Assembly (NCBI RefSeq): GCF_001194135.2
Contig: NC_068981.1
Coordinates: 132,671,979 to 132,730,978, forward strand
DNA from: Octopus bimaculoides
Lineage: Eukaryota
Direction of reading: 5' to 3'
Length of the DNA stretch: 59,000 nt
A program made the position numbers and the translations under genes. The notes beneath the pieces were generated by a model, which did no database searches, was not told where the DNA came from, and saw only the letters and a program-made list of their open reading frames with translations. Shown in pieces: positions 13,440-26,090 of the stretch; position 1 is the first letter of the stretch; every line of letters starts with the position of its first letter.

Positions 13440-14480
13440 AGAATTACAAAGAAGGAGAAGAACAGATCTACAAATTCAAAAGATGTCTATTGACAGAAAG
13501 CTTAAAGGACTAAAAATCAAAGCTCAGAGGAAAGCAAGACGATGGAAGTGAGTTCCAGAGAGTTCAAAGGAAGGAAGCTATTAGAGTAAAAGGACTTATG
13601 ACTAGCAGAGAGCTCAGCAGAGAAATGATGCATCAGGGAAGAGAAGCAGGTGGAGGTGATCATTATAAGCATTACTGATCTGCACGTTTCTATAACTCAG
13701 TGATTATAGTGAGAAAATGAGTTGCAGGGAAGGGAATTGAAAGCAGTAAGTATTCTAGACAGAAAGGTTGTATAATTTGTAGTGGATAGTTGATGAAATC
13801 AACCTTAGTACTTGAACTGTTGTATGGGGATGGGTGTGCCTCTGCATTTAGATTGATAATATTTAATTTTTAAAAAATTATACTCAAAATCCATTCATAA
13901 CTATGAATTAACTCTATTAGTACTCTGAATTTCTTGGACCTTACTACTCTGTGTTTCCTGTTTCCTGCACATTCTTCAGTTGCATTGGAAGAACATGCAT
14001 GAAATAGGAAACCCAGTGTTGTGATAGAGTGAAGCCTCAGCTTTGAATGAATGGGTGAATATATGAATGAATATGCTTAGTATGGTATTTGTAGTATAAG
14101 AGAGTGGTTGATTTGCATAGAAAAGTAGTAACCTTTTATATAGTAAGACTGAGAGAAGTGAATGAGAATGGATCAAGTGTGTTCAAATGGTGGAGTGGTA
14201 GACAATTTACTTGACTATACAGAAGTGCAGAAACCATTGTAGCTGCAGTAGATGGAAGAGAGCATATATGTTTCAGTCTACTAGTGATCACAGTGTATAT
14301 GATTGTTCACTTATCAATTAATTGTATAGCCTTTGTGAAATGGGTACACTGTAAACTGTCTGCATACGTGGCATCTGCACTGGTCTAGATCATGTGAGTA
14401 ACCCTTTGATGTGCAGCACACTTCTGTCTTGAATAAGTATGTGTCTTTGTGCACACCTGTATGCATCTATGTGCACGTGT
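13440..14480 (-). mobile_element. Decayed CR1/L2-like LINE fragment
   Basis: Minus-strand remnants resembling the CR1/L2 RT C-terminus; heavily degraded. Confidence 0.4.
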
Positions 14481-15599
14481 GTAGGTGTGAATGAAAAATA
14501 TGCCAAAGATTTATCTCTTCACACCTGAAATAATAAAAGGCTGTGCCAAAAAAATTATAGCAGACAGTCTATGAGGAATGATAGATATGTCTCTTTGAAG
14601 AAGTTTTTTTGCATAAATGTCTTGTTTTTTTATAAATTCTCTGCTCTCATCTGAAGTGGGATACCATTGTTTTAGCCCCAAGGTAAGTAAGTAATAACAA
14701 ACTACCTTACCCATCACTATGTATTACCCTTACCTCATATTATTTCTTGCATCAGCAACATGTGTCAGTCTGTTCATAACTTTGTCTAATTTATTCAAGG
14801 TGATCTGTCTTCAACACATTGACAGAAGGCTGTGTTTTTTTAGTTGTATTTTAGTTTATTTTGTTTATTTGTCTATTTATTTTCATGTTGTTGTAAACAT
14901 TGTTATTCCCTCCACCCGCAACCATTTATCGTCTTTCCTACATCAACCCTTGTCTTTGATTGTTTATGAGATAATTTTACAAGTGTTCATACCTAGAAAC
15001 AGTTTTATTTTTCAATGTGAAGAAAGACAAAACCAGCTCCCAAAGCATGTAAAAGAACTTGTCAGCAAATCATGATGAAGGGGATAGATTATTGTACAAA
15101 TACAAAATACAAAGAAGTAAAGGTTAGGTTAACTAGATACTATGCACAAACAACAGGTAGCATGAAACTAACAGTATTTGAAATTTACTATGGAAACTCT
15201 ATTGTTTTTTGCCCAACAAAATATTTTTCAACAAGATCATACAAAAGAGCATTGTAAATCAGTGATGTAGCTACAGTGTGTACCACTTTTGGCAGCTTTT
15301 GAGTTTGCGCCCCCATTTGCACCATGCCCCTAAGCCTATTCAGGCTTATTTTGCAGCAGACCCAAAAGTGCTGACACCATAGAAACATCACCAGGATCAA
15401 ACTGCCCCCATCCCTTGCACTTGCCCCTAACTATGTCTTTACTGTAACTTAGCTAATGTATCCATTATTAACCATAGCAATGTTTTAGAAGTTTTACATT
15501 CAATCCAAAGATATTCCTTGGCTGGGAAAAAAATGGAAAAATTAGTCAGAGGCAGATATGCTGTGGACTTCAACATTTATCCATAACGATCATTTTTAT

Positions 15600-16060
15600 A
15601 CCAAAGTTAAATTTGTTTTAGGCAACATAGCAAATGATGGTCGAAAGTTGTTCAGCTCCTAAATCTTGTTACCCTAGATACAGTGACAGAAGCTGAACTA
15701 TTCTACAATGCCCTAGGAGGAATTTGAAGCCTCTGCAACTTTCAAGAAGCTAGCTCCAAATGTCATGCTCTCTTTGAAAGCATCATGGCTGACAAATTTC
15801 AAAGTGCAACAAGATGCTCTGGAAGATATGAAGAGTCAAAACCTGTGGTGGAACAATTAGCTCATGTTATAAAGGCATTGCAAAACACCAAAATATAAAT
15901 GTGGATAGCAGTGCATTATTGAATGCTATCATGTAATTTTGACTTGTTGATTGGATTAATTTTGCTGAAAATAATACTGTGCCAAAGCATAGTCTTACTG
16001 TGGAATGAATCTTAGGGATATACTTCACATTCTCAGCAAATTAGCAAAGGTATAAGTGAC
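15600..16060 (+). pseudogene. Decayed hAT transposase fragment
   Basis: Translation contains SATRCSGRYEESKPVVEQL and IVLLWNE, reminiscent of hAT TRWSARxEAVK and FWNDIL motifs; many stops. Confidence 0.5.
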
Positions 16061-16468
16061 GACTACTTTTGTTTCCTCTAAGATTCATCTCACATCAGGA
16101 CTGTATGTTTTTACTTTGCCTTGCAAGGTACTTGGCGACCCTGCTGGTAGCGGTGCCACATAAAAAGTACCAATGTTGGTATCACATAAAAAGCACTGGT
16201 GCTGGTGCCACATAAAAAAAGCACTGGTGCTAGTGCCACATAAAAAGCTCCCAGTATACTCCGTAAAGTGGTTGGCATTAGGAAGGGCACCCAACTGTAA
16301 AAACTATGCCAAAAGAGACAATGAACTTGGTATGGTCCCCTCACCATACCAGCTTTTTTCAAGGCATCTAACCCATGCCAGCATGGAAAACAGATATTTA
16401 ATGATGTTATGGTTTTCTTTCTATTTTTGTATAGTTAGGGTTAGGGTTATTTTAGTGCATGCATATAT

Positions 16469-16850
16469 AGGCGTAGGAGTGGCTGTGTGGTAAGTAGCTT
16501 GCTTACCAACCACTGGTTCTGTCCCACTGCGTGGCACCTTGGGCAAGTGTCTTCTTCTATAGCCTCGGGCCGACCAAAGCCTTGTGAGTGGATTTGGTAG
16601 ACGGAAACTGAAAGAAGCCCGTCGTATATGTATATATATGTGTGTGTTTGTGTGTCTGCTTTTCCCCCCAGCATCGCTTGATGACTGATGCTGGTATGTT
16701 TACATCCCCATAACCTAGCGGTTCAACAAAAGAGACCGATAGAATAAGTACTAGGCTTACAAAGAATGAGCTCTGTGGTCGATTTGCTCGATTATAAAGG
16801 CGGTGCTCCAACATGGCTGCAGTCAAATGACTGAAACAAGTAAAAGAGCA
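16469..16850 (+). mobile_element. tRNA-derived SINE (octopus OK-like family), full length
   Basis: Head GGAGTGGCTGTGTGGTAAG, body tggcaccttgggcaagtgtctt, tail gactgaaacaagtaaaagag. Other copies or fragments at ~1745, 3225, 3885-4865, 20655, 21130, 22796, 34460, 35525, 37075, 41255, 43870, 50880 and 58855 (+), and ~32945, 42660 and 55950 (-). Confidence 0.85.
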
Positions 16851-16896
16851 TATATATATGAAAGAAGGTTTGAAAATGCAATTTTAAAGATGTTTA

Positions 16897-16943
16897 TTCA
16901 CTTGACCGGTTTCACTTTTGAGAAAAAGATTGTCAAAAGTAAA
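16897..16943 (-). ncRNA. Candidate type I hammerhead ribozyme, U3-A8 variant
   Basis: Minus strand reads TTTACTT-TTGACAA-T-CTTTT-TCTC-AAAAG-T-GAAAC-CG-GTC-AAGTGAA: 7-bp stem I, palindromic stem III ACCGGT, GUC site. Confidence 0.62.
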
Positions 16944-18887
16944 ATGTAAAGCTTTGTATAAGCTTTGTGTTAAGTACTGGTTGTCACAAAATATGTAGTA
17001 TATGTATTTATATATATTTTTATATATTTTAATATATGCATTAAAATACATATATACATTCTTTGATAATAATAAGAAAATGTTAAAAACAGTTTACAAG
17101 AGAGNNNNNNNNNNNNNNNNNNNNNNNNNNNNNNNNNNNNNNNNNNNNNNNNNNNNNNNNNNNNNNNNNNNNNNNNNNNNNNNNNNNNNNNNNNNNNNNN
17201 NNNNNNNNNNNNNNNNNNNNNNNNNNNNNNNNNNNNNNNNNNNNNNNNNNNNNNNNNNNNNNNNNNNNNNNNNNNNNNNNNNNNNNNNNNNNNNNNNNNN
17301 NNNNNNNNNNNNNNNNNNNNNNNNNNNNNNNNNNNNNNNNNNNNNNNNNNNNNNNNNNNNNNNNNNNNNNNNNNNNNNNNNNNNNNNNNNNNNNNNNNNN
17401 NNNNNNNNNNNNNNNNNNNNNNNNNNNNNNNNNNNNNNNNNNNNNNNNNNNNNNNNNNNNNNNNNNNNNNNNNNNNNNNNNNNNNNNNNNNNNNNNNNNN
17501 NNNNNNNNNNNNNNNNNNNNNNNNNNNNNNNNNNNNNNNNNNNNNNNNNNNNNNNNNNNNNNNNNNNNNNNNNNNNNNNNNNNNNNNNNNNNNNNNNNNN
17601 NNNNNNNNNNNNNNNNNNNNNNNNNNNNNNNNNNNNNNNNNNNNNNNNNNNNNNNNNNNNNNNNNNNNNNNNNNNNNNNNNNNNNNNNNNNNNNNNNNNN
17701 NNNNNNNNNNNNNNNNNNNNNNNNNNNNNNNNNNNNNNNNNNNNNNNNNNNNNNNNNNNNNNNNNNNNNNNNNNNNNNNNNNNNNNNNNNNNNNNNNNNN
17801 NNNNNNNNNNNNNNNNNNNNNNNNNNNNNNNNNNNNNNNNNNNAGAAAATATGAAGTTACGAAAACTACTTACAAATTGGAGACGCTGCGTTCAGTCATG
17901 TAAAAACAAATAGTAAATGAGTATATGCATATATACGTACAGGTATGTGCATACCGACATCCACCTGTATGTATAGGTGCATATCTGGGTACAGGACATT
18001 GCAAACAAAACGTAGACGAGAAAACACACAAGCCACATATATACACAGAAGGAGATATATTTAAGAATTTACAAAAAATCAGAGAGGAACTGACTTGTCT
18101 TTTTAACATGTTTTCTCTCTTGTGTGTAGCTAGAAAATTTTTGCTATTTTAAGGGACAGTGTGGGAGGCAGGTTGGGGTGGGGGGAAGGAAGAGCAATGA
18201 GAAAAGAGCAAAAGAGAATTAAAAGAATTTTTTTGTTTCTGGGCTAGTCTGTCATGGTTCAGTAGTTTGGGGGACTGGTCTTAGAGGACAGAATGGTGTG
18301 AGTGCGTGTGTCTCTGTGCATGTCTCTATGTGTGTGTGTATATACGTGTGTTTGTGCGTGTGGGCCATTTTTGATTGGTCCCAGAGTTTATTGTGATGTG
18401 TGTATATGGGTCTGTGTGTGTTTTATATTTGGTAGGATGGTCTGTGTGTATGTGTGCACGTTTGTGTGTGTGTATATGTGTGGGATCAATATTTGTTAGG
18501 GCGTTGTGTGTGCGCATGTATGTGTATGTGTTTGTTCGCATGTGTGTATGTGTGCGTCTGGGTGTGTGTGTATGTATGTGTGTTTTGTGTTAGTGGGGAT
18601 GTGATGTGTGTGTATGTGAGTGTGTGTGTGTGTGTGTGTGTCTCTGAGTATGTTTGTGTTATAATTGTCCTGGTGGTGGTGTGGGTGTATGCGTGTGATT
18701 GGTATTTGTCAGGGCATTGTGTGTGCGCATGTGTGTGTATGTGTTTGTTCATTACACATGCCACGGGCACAAGTGCCAGAAAGGCGACGCTGGGCACAGG
18801 TGCCATCCCGATTTCGCTTTAGCTTGCCCCAATAAGTCTTCGCAAGCTCAGTACTTAACACAACAAAGCTTATACAAAGCTTTACAT

Positions 18888-18936
18888 TTTACTTTTGACA
18901 ATCTTTTTCCTGAAAAAGTGAAATCAGTCAAGTGAA
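18888..18936 (+). ncRNA. Candidate type I hammerhead ribozyme, U3-A8 variant (inverted partner of 16897-16943)
   Basis: TTTACTT-TTGACAA-T-CTTTTT-CCTG-AAAAAG-T-GAAAT-CA-GTC-AAGTGAA; stem III is weakened relative to the partner copy. Confidence 0.55.
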
Positions 18937-19370
18937 TAAACATCTTTAAAATTGCATTTTCAAACCTTCTTCCATATATATTTCCACTTGTGCGGTATCT
19001 TACAACTTTACTTTGTTATATATATGTATATATATATATATATGATGTCATTACTAATGTTAGACCATTCAACTATAAAGTAAGGTATGCTTTATCTATT
19101 TCCAGTTAAGTTCATTTGTTTTCATTTGAAAGCATTATAGACCACTAAACCACATATTGATACATCAGTGATGCATGCAATCTGCAGGTGTCATTTTTTT
19201 CTTTGGTCTTTCTCTTTTCTCTTTGATGTCAGTTTTCTAGTTCACTGTAAATCCATTATGAGTACTTAGATCATAGTAAATACATCACCTGTAATTTTTA
19301 CTGTATTTTTTGATGATTTTTTTTTTTTTGTGATTCTACTTTTAAAGGTAACTCGCGTTAAGCAATTTTT

Positions 19371-20021
19371 GGATCTATTTTAAAACGGGGGCGCCAGTTT
19401 TCATATATGTTTTATGTAGTGTTTTTGGTACGGAAAGACTTTCAAACTTCGTATACTTATCTATTTTGTGTTATAGAACAGAAAAATATTTTTGTATTCG
19501 AATTTATTTCATGTAAAAAATTGTCTTATTTCGATAATTTCTACTAATCACTGACGTCTATTCAGTTGAAAACAGTTAGTGCTGTAACGGTGTATATCGT
19601 ATTAATCCCCTAACCCTAACTAGACTGTTAACCGTAACCCTAACCCTAACCCTAAAACTAACCCTAACTCTAGAATCCGAACTCTAAAATTGTTACACAC
19701 ATAGATACGCACAGTGTAATTTATATAAACAATATATGCGTATAAATTACGATTAAACCGGATGAAATATGTCACAGAGAATAACATTTTTATGACCGCC
19801 CAGCAGTAACTCTATTGAGCTGAATAGACGTCAGTGATTGGTTGAAATTACAGAAATACGACAACTTTAACATGGAATAACTTGCGAATTCCTTTTTTTG
19901 TTAAGAAGACTAAGAGTAAAAGATGTTTTATATGACACATTCTACCAGTGTCCCAAGTTTCAAAGTGTTTCGTTAGTGTTTCGTTAAGAAAATACTGGCG
20001 CCCCTGTTTTAAAATAGATCC
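19371..20021. mobile_element. MITE with 28-bp TIRs and 8-bp TSD (Merlin-like), containing telomeric repeats
   Basis: TIR GGATCTATTTTAAAAC(G/A)GGGGCGCCAGT; TSD CAATTTTT at 19363-19370 and 20022-20029; inner inverted repeat ~19539-19582/19801-19849; (CCCTAA)n-like tract 19608-19687. Confidence 0.85.
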
Positions 20022-21231
20022 CAATTTTTTGCCTTTGAATATTTTCTTCATTGTTTAATAAAATATGTACTTTTACTGCAAATAAATACTTTTGATAATT
20101 TTTAGCAATTTACTCTGTAGAAAAAAGGCCTGCTTATCTGTTAGGTTCAATGATGAATTTACTATGATATATGCCTTCATCTATATATAATCTATTTACC
20201 AAATAGATTATATATAGATGAATGCATATAGCTCAGTGGTTAGAATGTTTTGGGTTTACAATTGTGAGGTTATGAGTTAAATTCCCAAACCGGGCTGCGT
20301 GTTGCAATCTTGAGCAATTATTTCACATTGCTCCAGTTCACTCAGCTGTATTATAAGTTGTGACATCACTGGTGCCAAACTGTATTGGCCTTTGCCTTTC
20401 TCTTGGACAACATCGGTTGTGTGAAGAGGGGAGACAGTTGACATTAATGAATACCTCTCAGTCAACTCCTCCTCCTCCTCTTGAACATGTTTATAATTTG
20501 GCAACTCTTATGACCACTAAATTTTTTGTTTTGAGTCAGCACTGAAATTTACCATGTTTCATATATGAATACATCCATGTAAACAATGTGATTCAAGACA
20601 GAAAAATAGGTACTGGGTATATATGCATATTTCAGGAGTTATTGTGCTTATAGGCACAGGAGTTACTTCGTGGTAGGTAGCTTGCTTACCAACCACATGG
20701 TACTGGGTTCAGTCCCACCGCATGGCACCTTGGGCAAGTGTCTTCTATTATAACCTTGGGCTGACCAAAGCCTTGTGAATGGGTTTGGTAGACGGAAACT
20801 GAAGGAAGCCCATGTATGTATATGTCTTTGTTTCTGTGTTTGTCCCCCCCAACATCGCTTGACAACCAATGCCGGTGTGTTTACATTCCTGTAACTTAGT
20901 GGTTCACCAAAAAGAAACCGATAGAATAAGTACTAGGCTTACAAAGAATAAGTCCTGGGGTTGATTTGCTCGACTAAAAGTGGTGCTCCAGCATGACTGC
21001 AGTCAAATGACTGAAACAAATAAAAGAATATACACACACACAAAAAAGGGATATGGCTCAGTGGTTAGAGTGTTTTGGGCTTACAATTGTGAGGTTGTGA
21101 GTTCAATTCCCAGACCAGGTGTAGGTTCAGTCACACTGTGTGGCACCTTGGGCAAGTCTCTTCTACTACAGCCTCAGGTCAACCAAAGCCTTGTGAGTGG
21201 ATTTGGTAGACAGAAACTAAAAGAAGCCCAT

Positions 21232-21282
<51 letters not shown>

Positions 21283-21384
21283 TAATGATAATGATATGCC
21301 AACAAAAGAATGATTGAGACCTCAATATTATGTAAATAAAGGAATTTATCGATAATATAATATGTGACAATTAGTTGGTTGCCA

Positions 21385-21454
21385 TAATAAAACTCAGAGT
21401 TTCGGATGTTGTGTGGTGGGAGGGAAGTCTGCTCCGGCATCTCGTCAGTTATTA
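21385..21454 (-). ncRNA. Candidate type I hammerhead ribozyme, core intact
   Basis: Minus strand reads TAATAA-CTGACGA-GATG..CATCC-GAAAC-TCTGA-GTT-TTATTA: 6-bp stem I, ACTC/GAGT self-complementary stem III, GUU site. Confidence 0.66.
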
Positions 21455-22043
21455 AGACAAACAAATATGCTATGAAAATGATAATTAAATAAAGGGAAAT
21501 TACCCAAATAGGGAGAAATTAAAAATACTTGAAGAAGGTAATTCCATGCTCATAGAAGCCGCGTATGCATGCATGTGCATATATGCATATGCTCACTCAC
21601 ACTCCCGTGAAACACATACATGCACACCCACACACACACCTATATGTATACGTAATTGTGCATGTATGGGTATATATACGTATGTGTGCAGGTATGTATA
21701 TGTGTACATGTGTATGGATGCATATGTATGGATGCATATGTATGTATACATATAGGTGTGTGTGTGGGTGTGCATGCATGTGTTTCACACAAGTGTGAGT
21801 GAGTATATGCATATATGCACATGGGCATGTGTGCATGCATGTGTATTTATGTACATGTGTGCATATGCGGATTCTATGAGTGTGGTTTTACCTTCTTTGA
21901 GTATTTTTAATTTCTCCCTATTCGGGTGATTTCGCTTTATTTAACGGTCAGTCTCATAGCTCTTTTGTGTGTCTTAATAACAGTCATCTTCATAGTAATT
22001 TCCCTTTATTTAATGGTCATTTTCATAGCATTTTTGTTTGTCT

Positions 22044-22106
22044 TAATAACTGACAAGATGCCGGAGCAGAATTCCGCCCCGACATCCGAAACTCTGAGTT
22101 TTATTA
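22044..22106 (+). ncRNA. Hammerhead-like motif with G8A change (probably inactive), inverted partner of 21385-21454
   Basis: TAATAA-CTGACAA-GATG..CATCC-GAAAC-TCTGA-GTT-TTATTA; C3 is opposite A8. Confidence 0.55.
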
Positions 22107-22820
22107 TGGCAACTGACTAATTGTCACATATTATATTATGTTATATATATATATATATANNNNNNNNNNNNNNNNNNNNNNNNNNNNNNNNNNNNNNNNN
22201 NNNNNNNNNNNNNNNNNNNNNNNNNNNNNNNNNNNNNNNNNNNNNNNNNNNNNNNNNNNNNNNNNNNNNNNNNNNNNNNNNNNNNNNNNNNNNNNNNNNN
22301 NNNNNNNNNNNNNNNNNNNNNNNNNNNNNNNNNNNNNNNNNNNNNNNNNNNNNNNNNNNNNNNNNNNNNNNNNNNNNNNNNNNNNNNNNNNNNNNNNNNN
22401 NNNNNNNNNNNNNNNNNNNNNNNNNNNNNNNNNNNNNNNNNNNNNNNNNNNNNNNNNNNNNNNNNNNNNNNNNNNNNNNNNNNNNNNNNNNNNNNNNNNN
22501 NNNNNNNNNNNNNNNNNNNNNNNNNNNNNNNNNNNNNNNNNNNNNNNNNNNNNNNNNNNNNNNNNNNNNNNNNNNNNNNNNNNNNNNNNNNNNNNNNNNN
22601 NNNNNNNNNNNNNNNNNNNNNNNNNNNNNNNNNNNNNNNNNNNNNNNNNNNNNNNNNNNNNNNNNNTCTGAGTTCAAATTTGGCCGAGGTCGACTTTGCC
22701 TTTCATCCTTTTGGGGTCGATGTAATCAACTTAATCCCTTTGTCTGTCCTTGTTTGTCCCCTCTATGTTTAGCCCCTTGTGGGCAATAAAGAAATAAGAA
22801 ACTGAAAGAAGCCCACCGTA

Positions 22821-22851
<31 letters not shown>

Positions 22852-24129
22852 GTATGTTTGTGTGAGTGTGCTTGTGTGTGTGTGTGTGTTCGTCCCCCTA
22901 CCATCACTTGACAACCGATGCTGGTGTGTTTACGTCCCCGTAACTTTGGGGTCTCAGCAAAAGAGACTGATAGAATAAGTACTAGGCTTACAAAGAATAA
23001 GTCTTTAGGTCGATTTGTTCAACTAAAGGCGGTGCTCCAGCATGGCTGCAGTCAGATGACTGAAACAAGTAAAAGAATGAAAGAATATATACATATATGA
23101 TATTTATTTACCAAACAATGATATATTTGGCATGATGATAGATTTACCATTGTTGTATTAGACTCACAGTGTACTTAGTTTGCTATGAAATTACAGAGAT
23201 GAATTTACCAAATAACCAGTCTTTTTTTTTATGGAGCTGTTGTTTTTACAGCTGGATACTTTTCCTACTTTTAAGCACTCAGTCTCTGCATCAAAATGGA
23301 GGCTTTTTTAAGGAACCTCTTTGTAGGTATCAGTTGGCATTAATGAATATCTCTCAGCCAACTCCATCTCTCCCTTTTCAACATGTTTTTCTTTTTTCTA
23401 AACTTGCTCCTTACATTATTTTAAATTTGTTACTCTGCTTCACAAAGTGTTAACGTTCTTATTAATCATCTAAGCTAGCAGAATCATTATTGCAGCAGAC
23501 AAACTGCTTAGCAACATTTCTTCCAACTCATTATGTTTTGAGTTCAAATTCCATCAAGGTCGACTTTTCCTTTCATCCTTTTGGGATCAATAAAACAAAG
23601 TACCAGTCAAGTATTGGGGGTCAATGAAATCGACTTGCCTCCATCCCCTAAAATTGTTACCTTGTCCCAAAGTTTGAAACCATTCACTTAGTTTTCTTCC
23701 TCTCCTCTGATCTTTACCTCTTCTATTCTTGCTTTTATAAAAAATTCCTTGTGTTCTTCTATCCATGCCCAACATATATCACTTTGTGACCCCACTCTCT
23801 TTTATTTTTCCATATTTTCTCTTACACCCTACTTTACTCTTCCTCATTTTTTCATTCTTCTCTCTCTTGCCTTCCAATCTATCTATTCAGTACCATTAGG
23901 ACACATTACACCCCCAAAAGATTAGATTTTCCTTTCTCATGGCAAACCACTTTTAAACTAAGTACTATTTTCCTCAGATTATTGATTGCTATAGCAGGTA
24001 GAGTTAGAAATTCAAATAGATTCTTGACAGAGTTAAAACTGAGTTAAAACCTTACTACTTGAATTATCATATTGGGTCCTTAAGCAAAGTGCATAAATAT
24101 GATTGTTTTAGATGGTCTGTCACACCTTC

Positions 24130-24545
24130 TTCCTAAATTGCAGTTGTGTAGTTGGTGATATGAGGACCATCCAATTGCAAAAGAAAATATTACAGCTTGA
24201 ATAGCAAATATTCCAGCTTGCAGGCATCTCACAAAATGCTTACACTCTGTCGTAAATGCACGCTGACATTGCACATCCAGCAAAGCATACTAGTTTTATT
24301 TCTTTCAAACCTATGCATATTCTCAGTGGTCCCAGCCCATGTTTCATTGCCATGTAGCATGGCTGTTTGCACACAGGCATCATACAATCTGCCTTTCACT
24401 CTGAGGGAGAGGCACTTATTTACCAATAGAGGTAGGTGCTCTCTGAACTTTCCTCAGCCCATTCTTATTCTAACAGCTATGCTCTTGGAGCATCCACCTT
24501 TGCTTCTGACTTGGTCACTGAGATAACGGAAGCTATCAACTACTT
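24130..24545 (-). mobile_element. RTE-clade LINE RT fragment
   Basis: LSLRVKGRLYDACVQTAMLHGNETWA; same family as 36570-36900. Confidence 0.8.
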
Positions 24546-25304
24546 CTAGCTTTCCCCCTTAGCATTTGATGGAATTTTATACCTACACCTTCTCTACATA
24601 TTGAACAGGATCATCTACCTGAAGGGATTTGTGATTTGTCTGCTTTCCTACTTACTGAGACTTTGGTTTTTTCTAGATTAACTCTAAAGTCCTTCGATTC
24701 TAGACCTTGATTCCACACCTGAAATTTCTTCTCTAGTTCTGGTAGTGATTTGGTTACAAGAACAAAGTCATCAGCATAGAGGAGCTCCCTCTAATGTGGT
24801 TTAGTTTTAACCTTTTGATACTAACCCACCTGAGACTAACTCTGATTCTATGAGACAAGCTTCCAGTTTTAAAGTGATCTAAAATAAAACCTATAAAAAT
24901 TTGATGTTAATTTATGTTCCAAACATCAGCTTAGTAATGGCAGGTTTTTTTTTTTTTTTTTTTTTACTAAATTCTTTATTATCTTCAAAATTAATTAAAA
25001 CAATAGCAGTGTGTTTCGACAAAAATATGGAAACATCTGTAAATCAAAGTATTGAACATCTGTAAATCAAAGTATGGTAGTCTTTAGCTGAGGTGATATG
25101 CAACTATCTAACTCAGTATAGCAGAAGTCATTTATAGTAAGGCAAAGAGAGGAGATAGTACAAGTATACCAGAAGTTGATAGTCTTTATAGACTGGTATG
25201 CATGAGCAACTGCTGGTCTTCAACAAATAACCTTGCCTAGATTTGTGCCTCAGAGGGAACTTTCTAGGTGCAATCCCATAGTCATAGGGTCTTTACCCTC
25301 AGTG

Positions 25305-25356
<52 letters not shown>

Positions 25357-26090
25357 CAATATATATTAATGTTTCTTAACCAAAGGGTTAAGTTTGAACA
25401 TCTGTCAGTCAAAGTTTGGTGGTCCTTAGTTGAGGTGGTATGCAACTAATTCAGTGAAGCAGAAGTCATTATAGTAGTGATAAAAAAATATAAAGAGAAG
25501 AGACAGCACAAGTATGCCAGAGGTTGGAGTGCATCAGTAAATCTTTGCTAATCATTTGGATAGTCTTCGTGTGTGTAACAGCTGTGTTGTCTCAGATATG
25601 CTAGCAGTGTCCCATTATGAGTGTTACTTGAGCTTTGTAAAGAGTTAACACATGATCCAGACTGAAGTATTTTCTGGCTCTGAAGAGAAAGGCTAGTTTT
25701 TGGAGTGCAAGCTTAGTTATGTATGCAATGTCACCAGGAGAGACCATAGGGATTTCTCTGCAGGTGTACTACTTAGGGATGATGTGTAGGAGGAGTGTGG
25801 GAGCACCTCTTAGCCACTATTGTTCCCAAGTCTACTCTGACCCAGAGTTGTAATACCTGTCAGGGTCCCTGCTATGAGTTAACTAGTATATTAGGGCTTG
25901 CTTACCAATGCATATGAAGATTGAATCCAGTTGACTCTACGGAAGAAACCTTCATGGTTCAACAGGGAGGAAGGTAGCCGCAGCAATGCATTTTGGATTG
26001 CAGAGAGCAAGATGAAACAAGTAAGACATCTTGGTCTTCCACTGCTTCTGTCTCCATCCTAATTTGTTTTGATCTGGTTTTGCCACTGGA

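Larger units (their letters stand above)
16855..18975. repeat. Inverted pair of a ~130 bp repeat (16855-16985 and 18845-18975)
   Basis: aaagaaggtttgaaaatgcaattttaaagatg... versus its reverse complement ...catctttaaaattgcattttcaaaccttctt; the copies are separated by a gap and TG-rich DNA. Confidence 0.85.
21345..22135. repeat. ~790 bp imperfect inverted repeat (foldback), probable inverted PLE pseudo-LTR pair
   Basis: 21358-21655 is the reverse complement of ~21735-22135; the right arm has an internal ~70 bp duplication; a hammerhead motif is in each arm. Confidence 0.8.

Noticed and set aside
16150-16250. 25-bp tandem repeats resembling a CRISPR-like array
   Set aside because: No unique spacers; it is an internal tandem of an RTE-related repeat in a eukaryotic genome.
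16435-16449. TTAGGGTTAGGGTTA
   Set aside because: Only 2.5 units; expected by chance in this sequence context.
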